From positions 2,854 through 66,853 of the forward strand of contig JAFGFH010000011.1 in assembly GCA_016931175.1 (NCBI GenBank): 64,000 nucleotides of DNA, read 5' to 3'. Below are positions 17,691-27,037 of this stretch, in pieces; position 1 is the first letter of the stretch, and each line of letters opens with the position of its first letter. Under the pieces are notes generated by a model that saw only the letters and a program-made list of their open reading frames with translations, was not told where the DNA came from and did not search any database. The translations under genes were made by a program, and so were the position numbers. The DNA comes from Nanobdellota archaeon (lineage in GTDB: Archaea; Nanobdellota; Nanobdellia; Tiddalikarchaeales; Tiddalikarchaeaceae).

Positions 17691-19198
17691 TACTTAATCA
17701 CCTCAGCATCTCTTAACCAGTTTATGTCCTCGCAAAACATTGAACGAATATCTTTTAATCCATACTGGCTCATGAACATCCTGTCAAAGCCTAAACCCCA
17801 TGCTATGACTGGAACCTTAATGCCTAAAGGTTCAGTAACCTCTTTTCTGAAGATTCCTGCACCACCTAGTTCAATCCACCTGCCCTGGAAGTAGCCGTGG
17901 AGTGAAACGCTTGGTTCAGTGTAAGGGTAATAATCAGGCATTAGTTTGTATTTTTTAATTCCAGCAACCTCTTCCGCGAACATTCTCAAAAGCCCGAATA
18001 ATGACCTTAAATTAAGCCCTTCTCCTAAAACTATTCCTTCTAATTGGTTGAATTCAGGAAGGTGAGTTCTGTCAATAACATCAGGCCTGTAAACTCTTTG
18101 GATTCCGAAATATTTTCCTGGTATTTCCAAGTCTTTGTCCATAAGCATCCTGGCACTAGCTGCTGTTCCCTGGCTTCTCAGTATAAGCATCTTAGTAAAG
18201 TCGGTGTTAAAATCTACCTTCCAACCCGTGCTTCCCTTTATTCCCTTCTCATGGGCTTTCTTTACCTTTTTTATGAAATTCTTGAACTCTTTCAAATTAT
18301 CATAAACAGGTTCTTTTATGAAGAATATGTCATGAACTCCTCTCGCAGGATGGTCTTGAGGCATGAATAAGGCGTCGCAGTTGCAGAAGTTATTCTCAAC
18401 ATTAGGCCCTGTCATCTCCTTAAAACCAAGGCTTAAAAGTTTTTGTTTAATTCCTTCAATGAATTCTAAGTAAGGCTGCTTCTTACCATAATACTTTTTA
18501 GGAACAAGTTCTGACACGTTATACCTTCTGTAATCATTTGATTCCCAATCTTTCGATTTTATTATCTTAGCAGTGTTCCTCTCCAAGAGTTTCCTGTCAA
18601 GGTCAACTCCTCTCTTTAATACTTGTATTCCTAAAGGAGTTGTTATTATCTCTCTTTCAATTTTTTCCTCATTAATTATTAACCCTCTCTTCTCCAACTC
18701 TGCCAGTTCAGGTGATTGTTTCACCTTCTTGCCTTGATTTAAATCCTTTAATATCTTAGTCTTTGACTCCTCGCTTTTCAAATAATCCCTGCCTGAATCA
18801 TTAACAGATATTAATCCGTTATTTATTGATACGAAACCATTGTTTTTGCAGAAGCCGACTGCTTTGTTAAATTCGTTATTGTCAAAACCTGCCTTTTCTC
18901 TCAAATCATTAAATGACTGGTTATTCTTCTCAATTAATAATTCAAGCAGTCTTAACTCAGGCAATCCCTTCTTAACCGTCTCTTCTCCCCTGTTAGTTAA
19001 TGAAACGTTTTGAACCTTTTTCTCTTTAATTAAAACCAATCCTTTATTGCTTAACCACTGCGCTCCCCTCATAATCTCTATGTGATTAAGACCTGATAAT
19101 TCAACAGCTCTTTCAACACTTAAAGGATTCTCAAGTACTAAAAGAAGCCGCTTCTCAAACTCGTGCAAAGAGTCTAAAATGTTTGCCAGAGCGTCCAT
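17690..19198 (-). CDS. pheS: phenylalanyl-tRNA synthetase alpha subunit (archaeal type)
   Basis: Class II motifs 'FMPQDHPARG', 'GIQRVYRPD' and 'AWGLGFDRMFM', with N-terminal winged-helix repeats. Confidence 0.92.
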   Translation of the reverse strand: MDALANILDSLHEFEKRLLLVLENPLSVERAVELSGLNHIEIMRGAQWLSNKGLVLIKEKKVQNVSLTNRGEETVKKGLPELRLLELLIEKNNQSFNDLREKAGFDNNEFNKAVGFCKNNGFVSINNGLISVNDSGRDYLKSEESKTKILKDLNQGKKVKQSPELAELEKRGLIINEEKIEREIITTPLGIQVLKRGVDLDRKLLERNTAKIIKSKDWESNDYRRYNVSELVPKKYYGKKQPYLEFIEGIKQKLLSLGFKEMTGPNVENNFCNCDALFMPQDHPARGVHDIFFIKEPVYDNLKEFKNFIKKVKKAHEKGIKGSTGWKVDFNTDFTKMLILRSQGTAASARMLMDKDLEIPGKYFGIQRVYRPDVIDRTHLPEFNQLEGIVLGEGLNLRSLFGLLRMFAEEVAGIKKYKLMPDYYPYTEPSVSLHGYFQGRWIELGGAGIFRKEVTEPLGIKVPVIAWGLGFDRMFMSQYGLKDIRSMFCEDINWLRDAEVIK

Positions 19199-19236
19199 AA
19201 CAAGTATTTAATAACAATGCTATTTAAACTTTGCTT

Positions 19237-19551
19237 TTAAAGAAACTTTAAAATGTGCCTCTTTCCAAGCACGAATGAAAGGAAGAATAAACTCATAATT
19301 GTAGAAATGAATTGCGACACTACTATAATTAATTCGTTGTTGAAAGCATCTCCAAGGTTTTCTGTAAACTTCAAAAACATGTCAATAATTGAAACTATTA
19401 AAAGCAGTGTTACAACAATGGCTCTAGAGAACCATTCAAGCTTCCTGTTCTTCTTAACGCATTTAATAAATATTACAATCATAACGCAGACAGCTGTTAA
19501 TAATAAGAAAATCTCCACGTAAGACATTATTATAGACAAGATGCCGCTCAT
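19237..19551 (-). CDS. small membrane protein
   Basis: 104 aa with three hydrophobic segments. 4-nt overlap with the upstream ORF. Confidence 0.5.
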   Translation of the reverse strand: MSGILSIIMSYVEIFLLLTAVCVMIVIFIKCVKKNRKLEWFSRAIVVTLLLIVSIIDMFLKFTENLGDAFNNELIIVVSQFISTIMSLFFLSFVLGKRHILKFL

Positions 19552-19790
19552 TCCTTACCCTCCTTTAAGAAGAATATGCCGCTCATCATTAAGCATAAAG
19601 CGCCTAAAACCTTTGGGATGTTAAAGATTATTGCCCAAACACTGTCATTTATTATATAATCATTAATTAAGTACTGGATTCCGTAGAGCACGAAGCCGAC
19701 TGCGAAGTAAATATTATACCTCTTCCTAACCTCAAAAAGCAGTTTTAAACCGCTTATTATTAATACAAGACTGATTAATGCCCCGAACAT
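19548..19790 (-). CDS. small membrane protein
   Basis: 80 aa with two or three hydrophobic segments. Confidence 0.5.
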   Translation of the reverse strand: MFGALISLVLIISGLKLLFEVRKRYNIYFAVGFVLYGIQYLINDYIINDSVWAIIFNIPKVLGALCLMMSGIFFLKEGKE

Positions 19791-19828
19791 TATAACAAAT
19801 ACAACAAAGCGGACAATTATAAATTTTG

Positions 19829-20566
19829 TTAAAACTCGTTTATTTGTCTTTGTTTAACGTTTGAGTGGTTTAAACTGTTAGGGGGCTTAACTGGTTTGTA
19901 TTCAAAACCTAAGTCTGTAAGCATTTTCAAAGCATTACTTGAGATGTTCGGCGCAGCCATAATTCCCTTAACATTATCCACTCCCTTGCTCTGCTTCACC
20001 TTTTCAACGTATCTTCTTAACTGCGTTACTGAATCCAATCCTGCAGTATACCTCTTGCACTCAACTACTATGAAACTGCCTTCCCCGTCGTGGCCGAAGA
20101 CGTCAAGAAAACCATACTCTGTCTGCTCTTCCCTGCTTAAAGGTATGAACTTTTCACTTATGAGTTTAGGATTGTCGTAAATCATGTCGCTCATGTCCTT
20201 CTCTGTTCCAACCAGTTTTAATTGTTCAGTATCCACTAAAGGCGCTGAAGTAAACGAGTAAGCCTCGAAGACGTTTATTCTCATCTCCTCGTAAGGTTTA
20301 AGATTAGAGGCTTTAATTACAAGCATTCCTTCCTCAAAAACAGCAGTTATTGTTGAACCCTGAGGCATCCAGTTTACAGGACTCCTGCCGTCAGGCTTAT
20401 GCACTAACAAAGTGTTGTCATGCTTTATTATAACCATCCTGTCGCCTTGTCCTAACACGCTCTTAGCTCTGCCCTCATACTCTACCTCGCAGTTGCAGAA
20501 TAATACAATTATGTAGTTCTTGTTAATAGAGGATACTAGTTCATTAAACACTTTTTTCAAATCCAT
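19829..20566 (-). CDS. nucS: endonuclease NucS / EndoMS
   Basis: N-terminal half-barrel ('RMVIIKHDNTLLVHKP...PVNWM') and C-terminal RecB-like site 'GFLDVFGHDGEGSFIVVECKR'. Confidence 0.88.
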   Translation of the reverse strand: MDLKKVFNELVSSINKNYIIVLFCNCEVEYEGRAKSVLGQGDRMVIIKHDNTLLVHKPDGRSPVNWMPQGSTITAVFEEGMLVIKASNLKPYEEMRINVFEAYSFTSAPLVDTEQLKLVGTEKDMSDMIYDNPKLISEKFIPLSREEQTEYGFLDVFGHDGEGSFIVVECKRYTAGLDSVTQLRRYVEKVKQSKGVDNVKGIMAAPNISSNALKMLTDLGFEYKPVKPPNSLNHSNVKQRQINEF

Positions 20567-20646
20567 TATAGTATTATGTTTAAAAAAACGCGATTTATAT
20601 TCTTTTTCAAAACTTTTAATAAATAAAGAGTGTTATTTTCTTATTA

Positions 20647-23493
20647 ATGGTGTACCCTGATTCTTGGAAATGCCCGAACTGCAATAAAATAGTAAAGAAC
20701 AACAAGATTTGCAGCAATTGCAGGTTCAAATACAGCATGCACTACCCTAATCTTTGGCAGTGCCCTGAATGCAGGGAATTGGTCAGTGATTCAGTGAGCT
20801 GCCCTAAGTGCAATTATCCTAACGAGCTTCACTATCCTCACTTGTGGCACTGCCCTAAATGCAATAACCTCGTTCACTCGAGCACTAAATGCAGTGAGTG
20901 CGGTTATGAAACACGAGAGGAGAAACTTCTTGAAGAGAGCAAAGATTACAGTTTGCAGAAAAAAATTAGCAGTTACGGCGATATTATAAAGAAGAGGAAG
21001 AATGTTTTACTCGCATCAATTGGTATTATAACAATACTTGGTGTTTTGCTTATCTTAAGCACTCCAACAACTCCTGTTAATACTTTAGTGGCTGGAAACG
21101 TAGTAGCTGGCGAGAGCTTCACTCCTTACTTGACAACTTCAAGCGCTGCACAGAGTGTTAATTTCATACTAACCAGCCCTAACGGGAATAGTTACGAGTA
21201 CCCTGGTGAATTAGATGATAAAGGGAACTGGGTTGTTAATGATTTAGTTCTTAATGAGAGTGGTGAGTGGAGAATTATCACTCAAATAAAGAGTTTCAGC
21301 TCTGTTACTGAATTAATAAACTCCATAAACGCTACCAAGTCCTGTGATTCCAACAAGGATTGCAATAATGGAATCTGCTGTTACGGCTCATGCGTTAAAT
21401 TATGCGGGAATGATAATGACTGCGATGACGGGAACGAGTTCACAACTAATACCTGCGTCTCTGCAGGAAGCTGCAGCGCCAAGTGCGTTTTTAAGGAGCC
21501 TGCGTGTTTCTCAAGCGTGAGTGATGATTATTGTCCGAGCAACTGCAGTTTAGAGAATGATATTGACTGCAATAATTGTCCTGTTGGCAAAGTCTTATGC
21601 AATAATCAGTGCTACAAGCCTTGTTACACTAACAGCGACTGCAGTGACGGTGACAGTTCAACCAGTGATACCTGTGTTGCGAGCTCTAACCCCTGCAATT
21701 CTTACTGCACGCATACTTACTACTCTGACATGGGATGCCCAAGCGGGAAGATAAGAGTGGGGAATACTTGCATCTCTCCTTCGTGCTTCACTGATGAAGA
21801 CTGTGATGACGGGAGAAGTAATTACGCTCACAAGTGTTATTTCGGAGGGACTGAGAACTCTTACTGCTACCACCAGCCTTGCAGTTCAGACGAGATAGTT
21901 TGCAAAGTTAACGGGGTTAACACTTGTGTTAAGCCGGCTTGCAGCAGTAATAGTGATTGTAATGACGGAACTCCTAACAAAGAGTTTTACTGCATGAATC
22001 ATGACAGCTGCGCTGCTTACTGCACTTCATCCTGCAAGAATGGTTTCAAATTATACAATAATGAGTGCTTGCCTCAGTGCACTTCAATAATTGAATGCGC
22101 TTCTTATGAAGGATTATACACGCCTGGCTGCGTTATTACTTGCGGCCAGAACGAGACTTGCTTGACTACTTGCTTGTCAGGCCAGCCTTTAAAGACCAAG
22201 TGTGATTACGTTAACAATGTTTGCAAGCCTTACGATTGCGTGAATAATGCTGGCTGCAATGACAGCAACGCCTGCACTATTGACGTATGCACTGATAACA
22301 GGTGCACTCATACTTACCTTGGTGATAATAAATTAGTTAATAATAATGAGAATGCTTGCTGCAACGGCGGGGAGGCTTTTTACTGCACTTACTCTTCTAA
22401 GTGCAACACTCCAAATTATTTCTACAACTTCAGCGTTCAAATACCCACACTGGATTACGACTTGCCTGGCGGAAGGGTTCACTTTGACAATACTGAAAAT
22501 CCAAAGATTATGATAGTAGACTTGCAGGCTTCTGACACTAACAGGGGTGTTTACTTTACTGGAATAAACTGTGTTGACAACAGCCCTTTCATAATATCAG
22601 CAGATATAAAGACTGTCGGGGGAGTGGTTGGTATGTGGTACTCTGCTAATGATTACAACAGTCCTGTTTATAATAATATAACAAGTAACGGTTACAACGT
22701 CTGGCAGACTTACACAATTAACGGGACCATGGATTGTTCAAAGCCTGATAAGAGTTTAGTAATCTATGGTATGAGTCCTGAGATTATGAGCTTCTACATT
22801 GACAACGTGACTGTAATAACCGGGTATGACAGTCCAAGGTACTGCAACAATGCAGTAATATGCAAAACTAGTTGCGACAAACAGTATAACTGCGTTAACG
22901 GCGACGGTGTCTGCCCAGCAGGCTGCTTTAATAATGTTGATAATGACTGCAAAGTCTGCCAAGCGCCTGATATTTACTGCGGTAATCTCGGCTGCTCGCC
23001 TGTTGAGTGCTACTCTAACAGCGACTGCTCGTGGTTTACGAACTGCATGAGTCCAGGCAGCTGCACCAGCATGTGCGTCCCAGTTCCTGATTACGAGTTC
23101 GACTTTAGTGACAGCGTATTATCCAATGTTTACGCTACTAGTACCAGCGCCTCGATTAGCATAGTAAACGAGAAACTAAAAGTGGTTTCAAACACTGTTG
23201 ACAACGGAGCATACTTTGACATCAAGAGCGAATGCGTTACTGGCAATAATTTCATGATAGATTTAGAAGTAGAGGTTACTAAGGGGTGCAGTGTTGAAGT
23301 AAGCTACCCTGCTGGTGGAAATGCTCAAACCTTTGATTTAGGAACTGGTGTTCAAACAGTTAGTTTTTCAGGAACAATGACTTGCGCAGGGGATAATAAT
23401 GACAGTTTATTCTTTAAAACGAAATTAGGAAGCTGTTCAGCTTATACTCAAACCGAGTTCACAGTTGATAATGCAGTAATATTCATTCAATAA
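20647..23493 (+). CDS. large Cys-rich surface protein: 3 cytoplasmic zinc ribbons, 1 TM, Cys-rich repeats, 2 CBM-like beta-sandwich modules
   Basis: One TM ('VLLASIGIITILGVLLILS'). Repeated 'C-x3-DC-x-DG...C...C...C' modules (e.g. 'CGNDNDCDDGNEFTTNTC', 'CYTNSDCSDGDSSTSDTC', 'CFTDEDCDDGRSNYAHKC', 'CSSNSDCNDGTPNKEFYC'). Two Cys-poor modules end in 'FYIDNVTVI' and 'FTVDNAVIF'. Confidence 0.8.
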   Translation: MVYPDSWKCPNCNKIVKNNKICSNCRFKYSMHYPNLWQCPECRELVSDSVSCPKCNYPNELHYPHLWHCPKCNNLVHSSTKCSECGYETREEKLLEESKDYSLQKKISSYGDIIKKRKNVLLASIGIITILGVLLILSTPTTPVNTLVAGNVVAGESFTPYLTTSSAAQSVNFILTSPNGNSYEYPGELDDKGNWVVNDLVLNESGEWRIITQIKSFSSVTELINSINATKSCDSNKDCNNGICCYGSCVKLCGNDNDCDDGNEFTTNTCVSAGSCSAKCVFKEPACFSSVSDDYCPSNCSLENDIDCNNCPVGKVLCNNQCYKPCYTNSDCSDGDSSTSDTCVASSNPCNSYCTHTYYSDMGCPSGKIRVGNTCISPSCFTDEDCDDGRSNYAHKCYFGGTENSYCYHQPCSSDEIVCKVNGVNTCVKPACSSNSDCNDGTPNKEFYCMNHDSCAAYCTSSCKNGFKLYNNECLPQCTSIIECASYEGLYTPGCVITCGQNETCLTTCLSGQPLKTKCDYVNNVCKPYDCVNNAGCNDSNACTIDVCTDNRCTHTYLGDNKLVNNNENACCNGGEAFYCTYSSKCNTPNYFYNFSVQIPTLDYDLPGGRVHFDNTENPKIMIVDLQASDTNRGVYFTGINCVDNSPFIISADIKTVGGVVGMWYSANDYNSPVYNNITSNGYNVWQTYTINGTMDCSKPDKSLVIYGMSPEIMSFYIDNVTVITGYDSPRYCNNAVICKTSCDKQYNCVNGDGVCPAGCFNNVDNDCKVCQAPDIYCGNLGCSPVECYSNSDCSWFTNCMSPGSCTSMCVPVPDYEFDFSDSVLSNVYATSTSASISIVNEKLKVVSNTVDNGAYFDIKSECVTGNNFMIDLEVEVTKGCSVEVSYPAGGNAQTFDLGTGVQTVSFSGTMTCAGDNNDSLFFKTKLGSCSAYTQTEFTVDNAVIFIQ
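20653..20916 (+). repeat. three tandem ~90-nt coding repeats (30-aa zinc-ribbon units)
   Basis: The units are 'YPDSWKCPNCNKIVKNNKICSNCRFKYSMH', 'YPNLWQCPECRELVSDSVSCPKCNYPNELH' and 'YPHLWHCPKCNNLVHSSTKCSECGYE'. Confidence 0.85.
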
Positions 23494-23875
23494 CTAGTCT
23501 TAACTCTTCATCCTTGAAACTGTGATTCTTAACACTCTTTCCTTCAAGGTTGATTATCTTAAAATACCTCTTGTCCTGCGTGTAAGCATTAACCTCTAAT
23601 GAGTCCTTAACTTTTCTCAAACTTATACTCTGAGCGGTTTTAACCCCTGGAAACTCTATAATTAAGACTCCTTTTTCTTTTCTAGTGACGGGTTCAATTA
23701 CTTCTAAACTGCTTGAAGGAGTTCTCATTAAAGTATTCATTCCCGGCGTCTTAATGACTCTGACGCGTATGTTAGGCAAAACCTTGTTTAACAAGACTGG
23801 TTTAATCCTCGCCCCGCACTTCGGGCAATAATTCCACTCCTCCTTTACCGGGTCTGAGCACCTTGGACAGTTCAT
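23483..23875 (-). CDS. zinc-ribbon protein with Hsp20/alpha-crystallin-like C-terminal domain
   Basis: 'CPRCSDPVKEEWNYCPKCG' followed by 'GVLIIEFPGVKTAQSISLRKVKDSLEVNA', which resembles the ACD core (xxPGVxxxxIxVxxxxxxLxI). Confidence 0.4.
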   Translation of the reverse strand: MNCPRCSDPVKEEWNYCPKCGARIKPVLLNKVLPNIRVRVIKTPGMNTLMRTPSSSLEVIEPVTRKEKGVLIIEFPGVKTAQSISLRKVKDSLEVNAYTQDKRYFKIINLEGKSVKNHSFKDEELRLVIE

Positions 23876-23913
23876 GATAATTTTTATTAAATGGCTTATT
23901 TATTAATTTACTC

Positions 23914-24144
23914 ATGCTTGCAGTGAAGAAAGACTATGAAACGGCGAGAAATAAAGCTTTTACAGTAGTTAATTCTGAAAACAATAAAAAGCACAGCGTA
24001 TTGTTTAAGATTGACAAGAACGAGTGGAGCTGCGACTGCAAATGGAACAGTTTGAAAGAGACTCATTGCTCTCACATAAAAGCAGTAATCTCAAAACTTG
24101 ACAAAGAGAAGGTTAAGTCCTTGATTAAAAACTTAGGAGTATGA
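23914..24144 (+). CDS. SWIM-type zinc finger protein
   Basis: 'CDCKWNSLKETHCSHIKAV' matches the CxCx(n)CxH SWIM signature. 76 aa. Confidence 0.6.
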   Translation: MLAVKKDYETARNKAFTVVNSENNKKHSVLFKIDKNEWSCDCKWNSLKETHCSHIKAVISKLDKEKVKSLIKNLGV

Positions 24145-25372
24145 AGAGTATTAAAGGCAACAGCATTAAAGCGTATACTATTACAAGCCTCCTAAACAAC
24201 TGTTTTGAACCAACACTTCTTGAAAGCAGTAATTTAACAATTGTATTAGTCAGGCACGCGAGCAGCACTGAATTAACGCCGGTATTATAATTTATTGAAC
24301 TTCCTGATAATGTTGCCATTGAAAGTGTTATAGCATCCGTATCAACGAGTCCTGCGAATACGCTTGCTATGTAAGAACCTGCATCACCAATTAAATCATT
24401 GGCTGCTTTTGAGACTAAGAGTATCACAGCCAGGAAGATAGTGAACCTAATGGCTGGCCTGAAATTGAAAGGGCTTGTCTTAACAAACTCTGCAGAGTTA
24501 ACGTTTTTAGTTGTTCTCCATTTGAAAAATGAGTAAGTTAGTCCGAGAATCATTGAACTTATTAAAGGAACTGCCAGGCGGATACCGAAGGAGGGATTGA
24601 CAATGTACGCCTCTATTAATACTCTTGCAAACATTATGCTGCTCGCAAAGGTTATACCAATCGCGCAGGCATCGATTAAACTCTTGTCTTTCCTGCTAAG
24701 TATTGACAACGAACTTGTTACTGCTGTAGAACTCACTAATCCTCCTAAAGCCCCGGATAAGTATAGTCCTTTGCTTGAACCAAACGCCTTTGATGCAATG
24801 TATCCTATGAAACTGATTCCAAGTATTAAAACAACCATTAGCCATAAATTGTATGGGTTTATTACATGGAAAGGGTCTATCTCAGTATTCGGCAATAAAG
24901 GCAGTATAACAAAGGCTACGATTCCGAACTTCAAGGCATCCATTAATTCTGAACTTTTAATCTTCCTGGCAAAGTTGTGAAGAACTGCTTTTTCAGTAAG
25001 TATTAGTGTAGTTATTATTGATATAGCAACAGCCAAGTATTGGAAATCGTCATAGTAAGAGATTAATCCTATAAAATATGTTACGAATAATACTACAGTG
25101 CTTGTAAGCCCGAATCTTTTCTGCTGGTTTAAGCTCACGCCGTAGCCGACTATTACTAAAATAAAGACCGTTGCCATAGAGAAAGGTATAATCCAAGGGT
25201 TAAGCGTAGCCTCTGATAAGAAGCTGGTAAGCATCCCTATTAATGATATAAACGCTAAGGTTCTGACACCTGCGGGGTAGCCTTTATGCGCGCGCTCCCT
25301 CTCTATACCAATTAATCCTCCCAGTCCTAATGCGAGCACTATCTTAAATAATAGGGCATATAATTCAACCAT
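24125..25372 (-). CDS. MgtC/SapB family membrane protein with DUF4010-like C-terminal half
   Basis: 'LGLGGLIGIERERAHK' MgtC N-terminal signature. 415 aa, polytopic. Confidence 0.7.
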   Translation of the reverse strand: MVELYALLFKIVLALGLGGLIGIERERAHKGYPAGVRTLAFISLIGMLTSFLSEATLNPWIIPFSMATVFILVIVGYGVSLNQQKRFGLTSTVVLFVTYFIGLISYYDDFQYLAVAISIITTLILTEKAVLHNFARKIKSSELMDALKFGIVAFVILPLLPNTEIDPFHVINPYNLWLMVVLILGISFIGYIASKAFGSSKGLYLSGALGGLVSSTAVTSSLSILSRKDKSLIDACAIGITFASSIMFARVLIEAYIVNPSFGIRLAVPLISSMILGLTYSFFKWRTTKNVNSAEFVKTSPFNFRPAIRFTIFLAVILLVSKAANDLIGDAGSYIASVFAGLVDTDAITLSMATLSGSSINYNTGVNSVLLACLTNTIVKLLLSRSVGSKQLFRRLVIVYALMLLPLILFILLSF

Positions 25373-25409
25373 TAAAATAATATAAATAATTTTGGGTTAA
25401 AAAGATTGC

Positions 25410-26360
25410 TTATTTGGAAATTTCATCAAAGGCTTCTTCAACCTGTTCTGCCTGTTCAAACAAGCTTGTAGCTGCAGGCCTTTTGCTCCTGATTCTTTCC
25501 TCTAATGCTGTCCTGAAAACGTTTTCAGGCTTATCATTAGTGTTTTCAGGAAGATTTGTTAAAACCTCAAGAATCTCGGCTTTAACCTCTTCTAATGAAG
25601 CGTTAATTTTATAATTGTAATTTTCAGATAATTCAACAAAGATTTCGAAGTAAATCTCGTAAATAAACCATAACCTTTCGTCAAGGTTTCTTAAATCACT
25701 AATTATTTTTTGAGAAATCTCTTCATCCGTGAGTGAAGGCAAGAACCTGACGTAAGTCTTTACAAAATTTGAAAACAAGTACTTGTTTTTACGCGATTCA
25801 AAAACTATTTGAGGGTATGACTTTCCGAAGACTTGTTTAATCATAGAGTTCAAAGCAGTTATTACTGCATAATAATCTTCATTTCTGATTATTTCAAGAC
25901 CTTTCAGGAAGGATTCCTTGTCAATTACTTCTTCTTTAGGCTTAAAAATACTGTCTCTAACCTCATTAACTCTGTTTCTCAAATCTTCTTCAGTAATATT
26001 ATTTGCGTTAGAAACGTTTTCTATACTTGTGATAATATCCTTTATTAATCTGAAAAAATTCGGGTTATTAAAATCAAACTCGTAATCTTTTGAAAAGGTT
26101 AAGAATACGTATTCATCTCTTAAGTGTTTTTTAAAATACGCTTGTATTATTCTTTTAAAAACCAGTTCTTTGTCTTTTTTATTGATTAAAAAAATATTAA
26201 AATCCTCTCTTATTATGCCTAAGTTTTTTAGGAAAGTGATTATTGCTCCCAGTCCTGAAACCATAAGTGTCTGGTTTCCTAAATTAATATAAGAATCTTT
26301 TGATAAAAGGAAAGGGATAGAATTTTTAAGTACAATAAAAGACTTATCTTCAAAGCTCAT
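25410..26360 (-). CDS. hypothetical protein
   Basis: 316-aa ORF with host-like codon usage. No motif recognised. Confidence 0.5.
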   Translation of the reverse strand: MSFEDKSFIVLKNSIPFLLSKDSYINLGNQTLMVSGLGAIITFLKNLGIIREDFNIFLINKKDKELVFKRIIQAYFKKHLRDEYVFLTFSKDYEFDFNNPNFFRLIKDIITSIENVSNANNITEEDLRNRVNEVRDSIFKPKEEVIDKESFLKGLEIIRNEDYYAVITALNSMIKQVFGKSYPQIVFESRKNKYLFSNFVKTYVRFLPSLTDEEISQKIISDLRNLDERLWFIYEIYFEIFVELSENYNYKINASLEEVKAEILEVLTNLPENTNDKPENVFRTALEERIRSKRPAATSLFEQAEQVEEAFDEISK

Positions 26361-26410
26361 AATATTAACTGGATAAGTTTTTAAATTAAAAGATTTCTGT
26401 TAAGTATCTG

Positions 26411-27037
26411 ATGGGAGTAGAACAGATTATTATAAAAGGGGAAGCTAATCTCGGGCCTGAAGAGTTTAATTCCATCTTTAAGCCATTAAATAGTGGTTTC
26501 TGCACAGTTGATGCCCATGGTTCCAATAATTGGAGGGATTATGTTAAAAGAGTTAAAAGTTCTTCTGAAAATATAGGTGTTATAATTATGGAAAAAAAGT
26601 TGGAGAATTTATTCTATTTCTCAAAAAAGCATAACTTAATGTATATTAACATGCCTGATTTAAACAATAAGAAACAGGCTATTTTTATTAAAAATGTATA
26701 CTTATATCTTCTTGCCAGGGAGCACTTGGTAGCAACTGGGGCAGAGATAGAAGATTTTTTTGAAAAATTCATGGCAGAGGGGCTTGACACTTCCAATTGC
26801 AGGAGAGACATATTATACGGGGTTGACGTTATTGCAGAAAGCCACAAACCAAGTGACTGCGTAGTTAATACAAAAATCTTCCTTTACGATGAAAAGGATT
26901 CAATATTTAATAAATTCTTAAAAATGGACGGAATATGCTACAATTGTTATATTAGGCTTCCTGAAGATGTGCGTGAAAATTTCATTAACGGTTTGCTCAT
27001 ATCTTCTCAGCAAGGTATAAGTTGTGTTTCGTCTTAA
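26411..27037 (+). CDS. hypothetical protein
   Basis: 208-aa ORF divergent from 25410..26360. No motif recognised. Confidence 0.5.
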   Translation: MGVEQIIIKGEANLGPEEFNSIFKPLNSGFCTVDAHGSNNWRDYVKRVKSSSENIGVIIMEKKLENLFYFSKKHNLMYINMPDLNNKKQAIFIKNVYLYLLAREHLVATGAEIEDFFEKFMAEGLDTSNCRRDILYGVDVIAESHKPSDCVVNTKIFLYDEKDSIFNKFLKMDGICYNCYIRLPEDVRENFINGLLISSQQGISCVSS

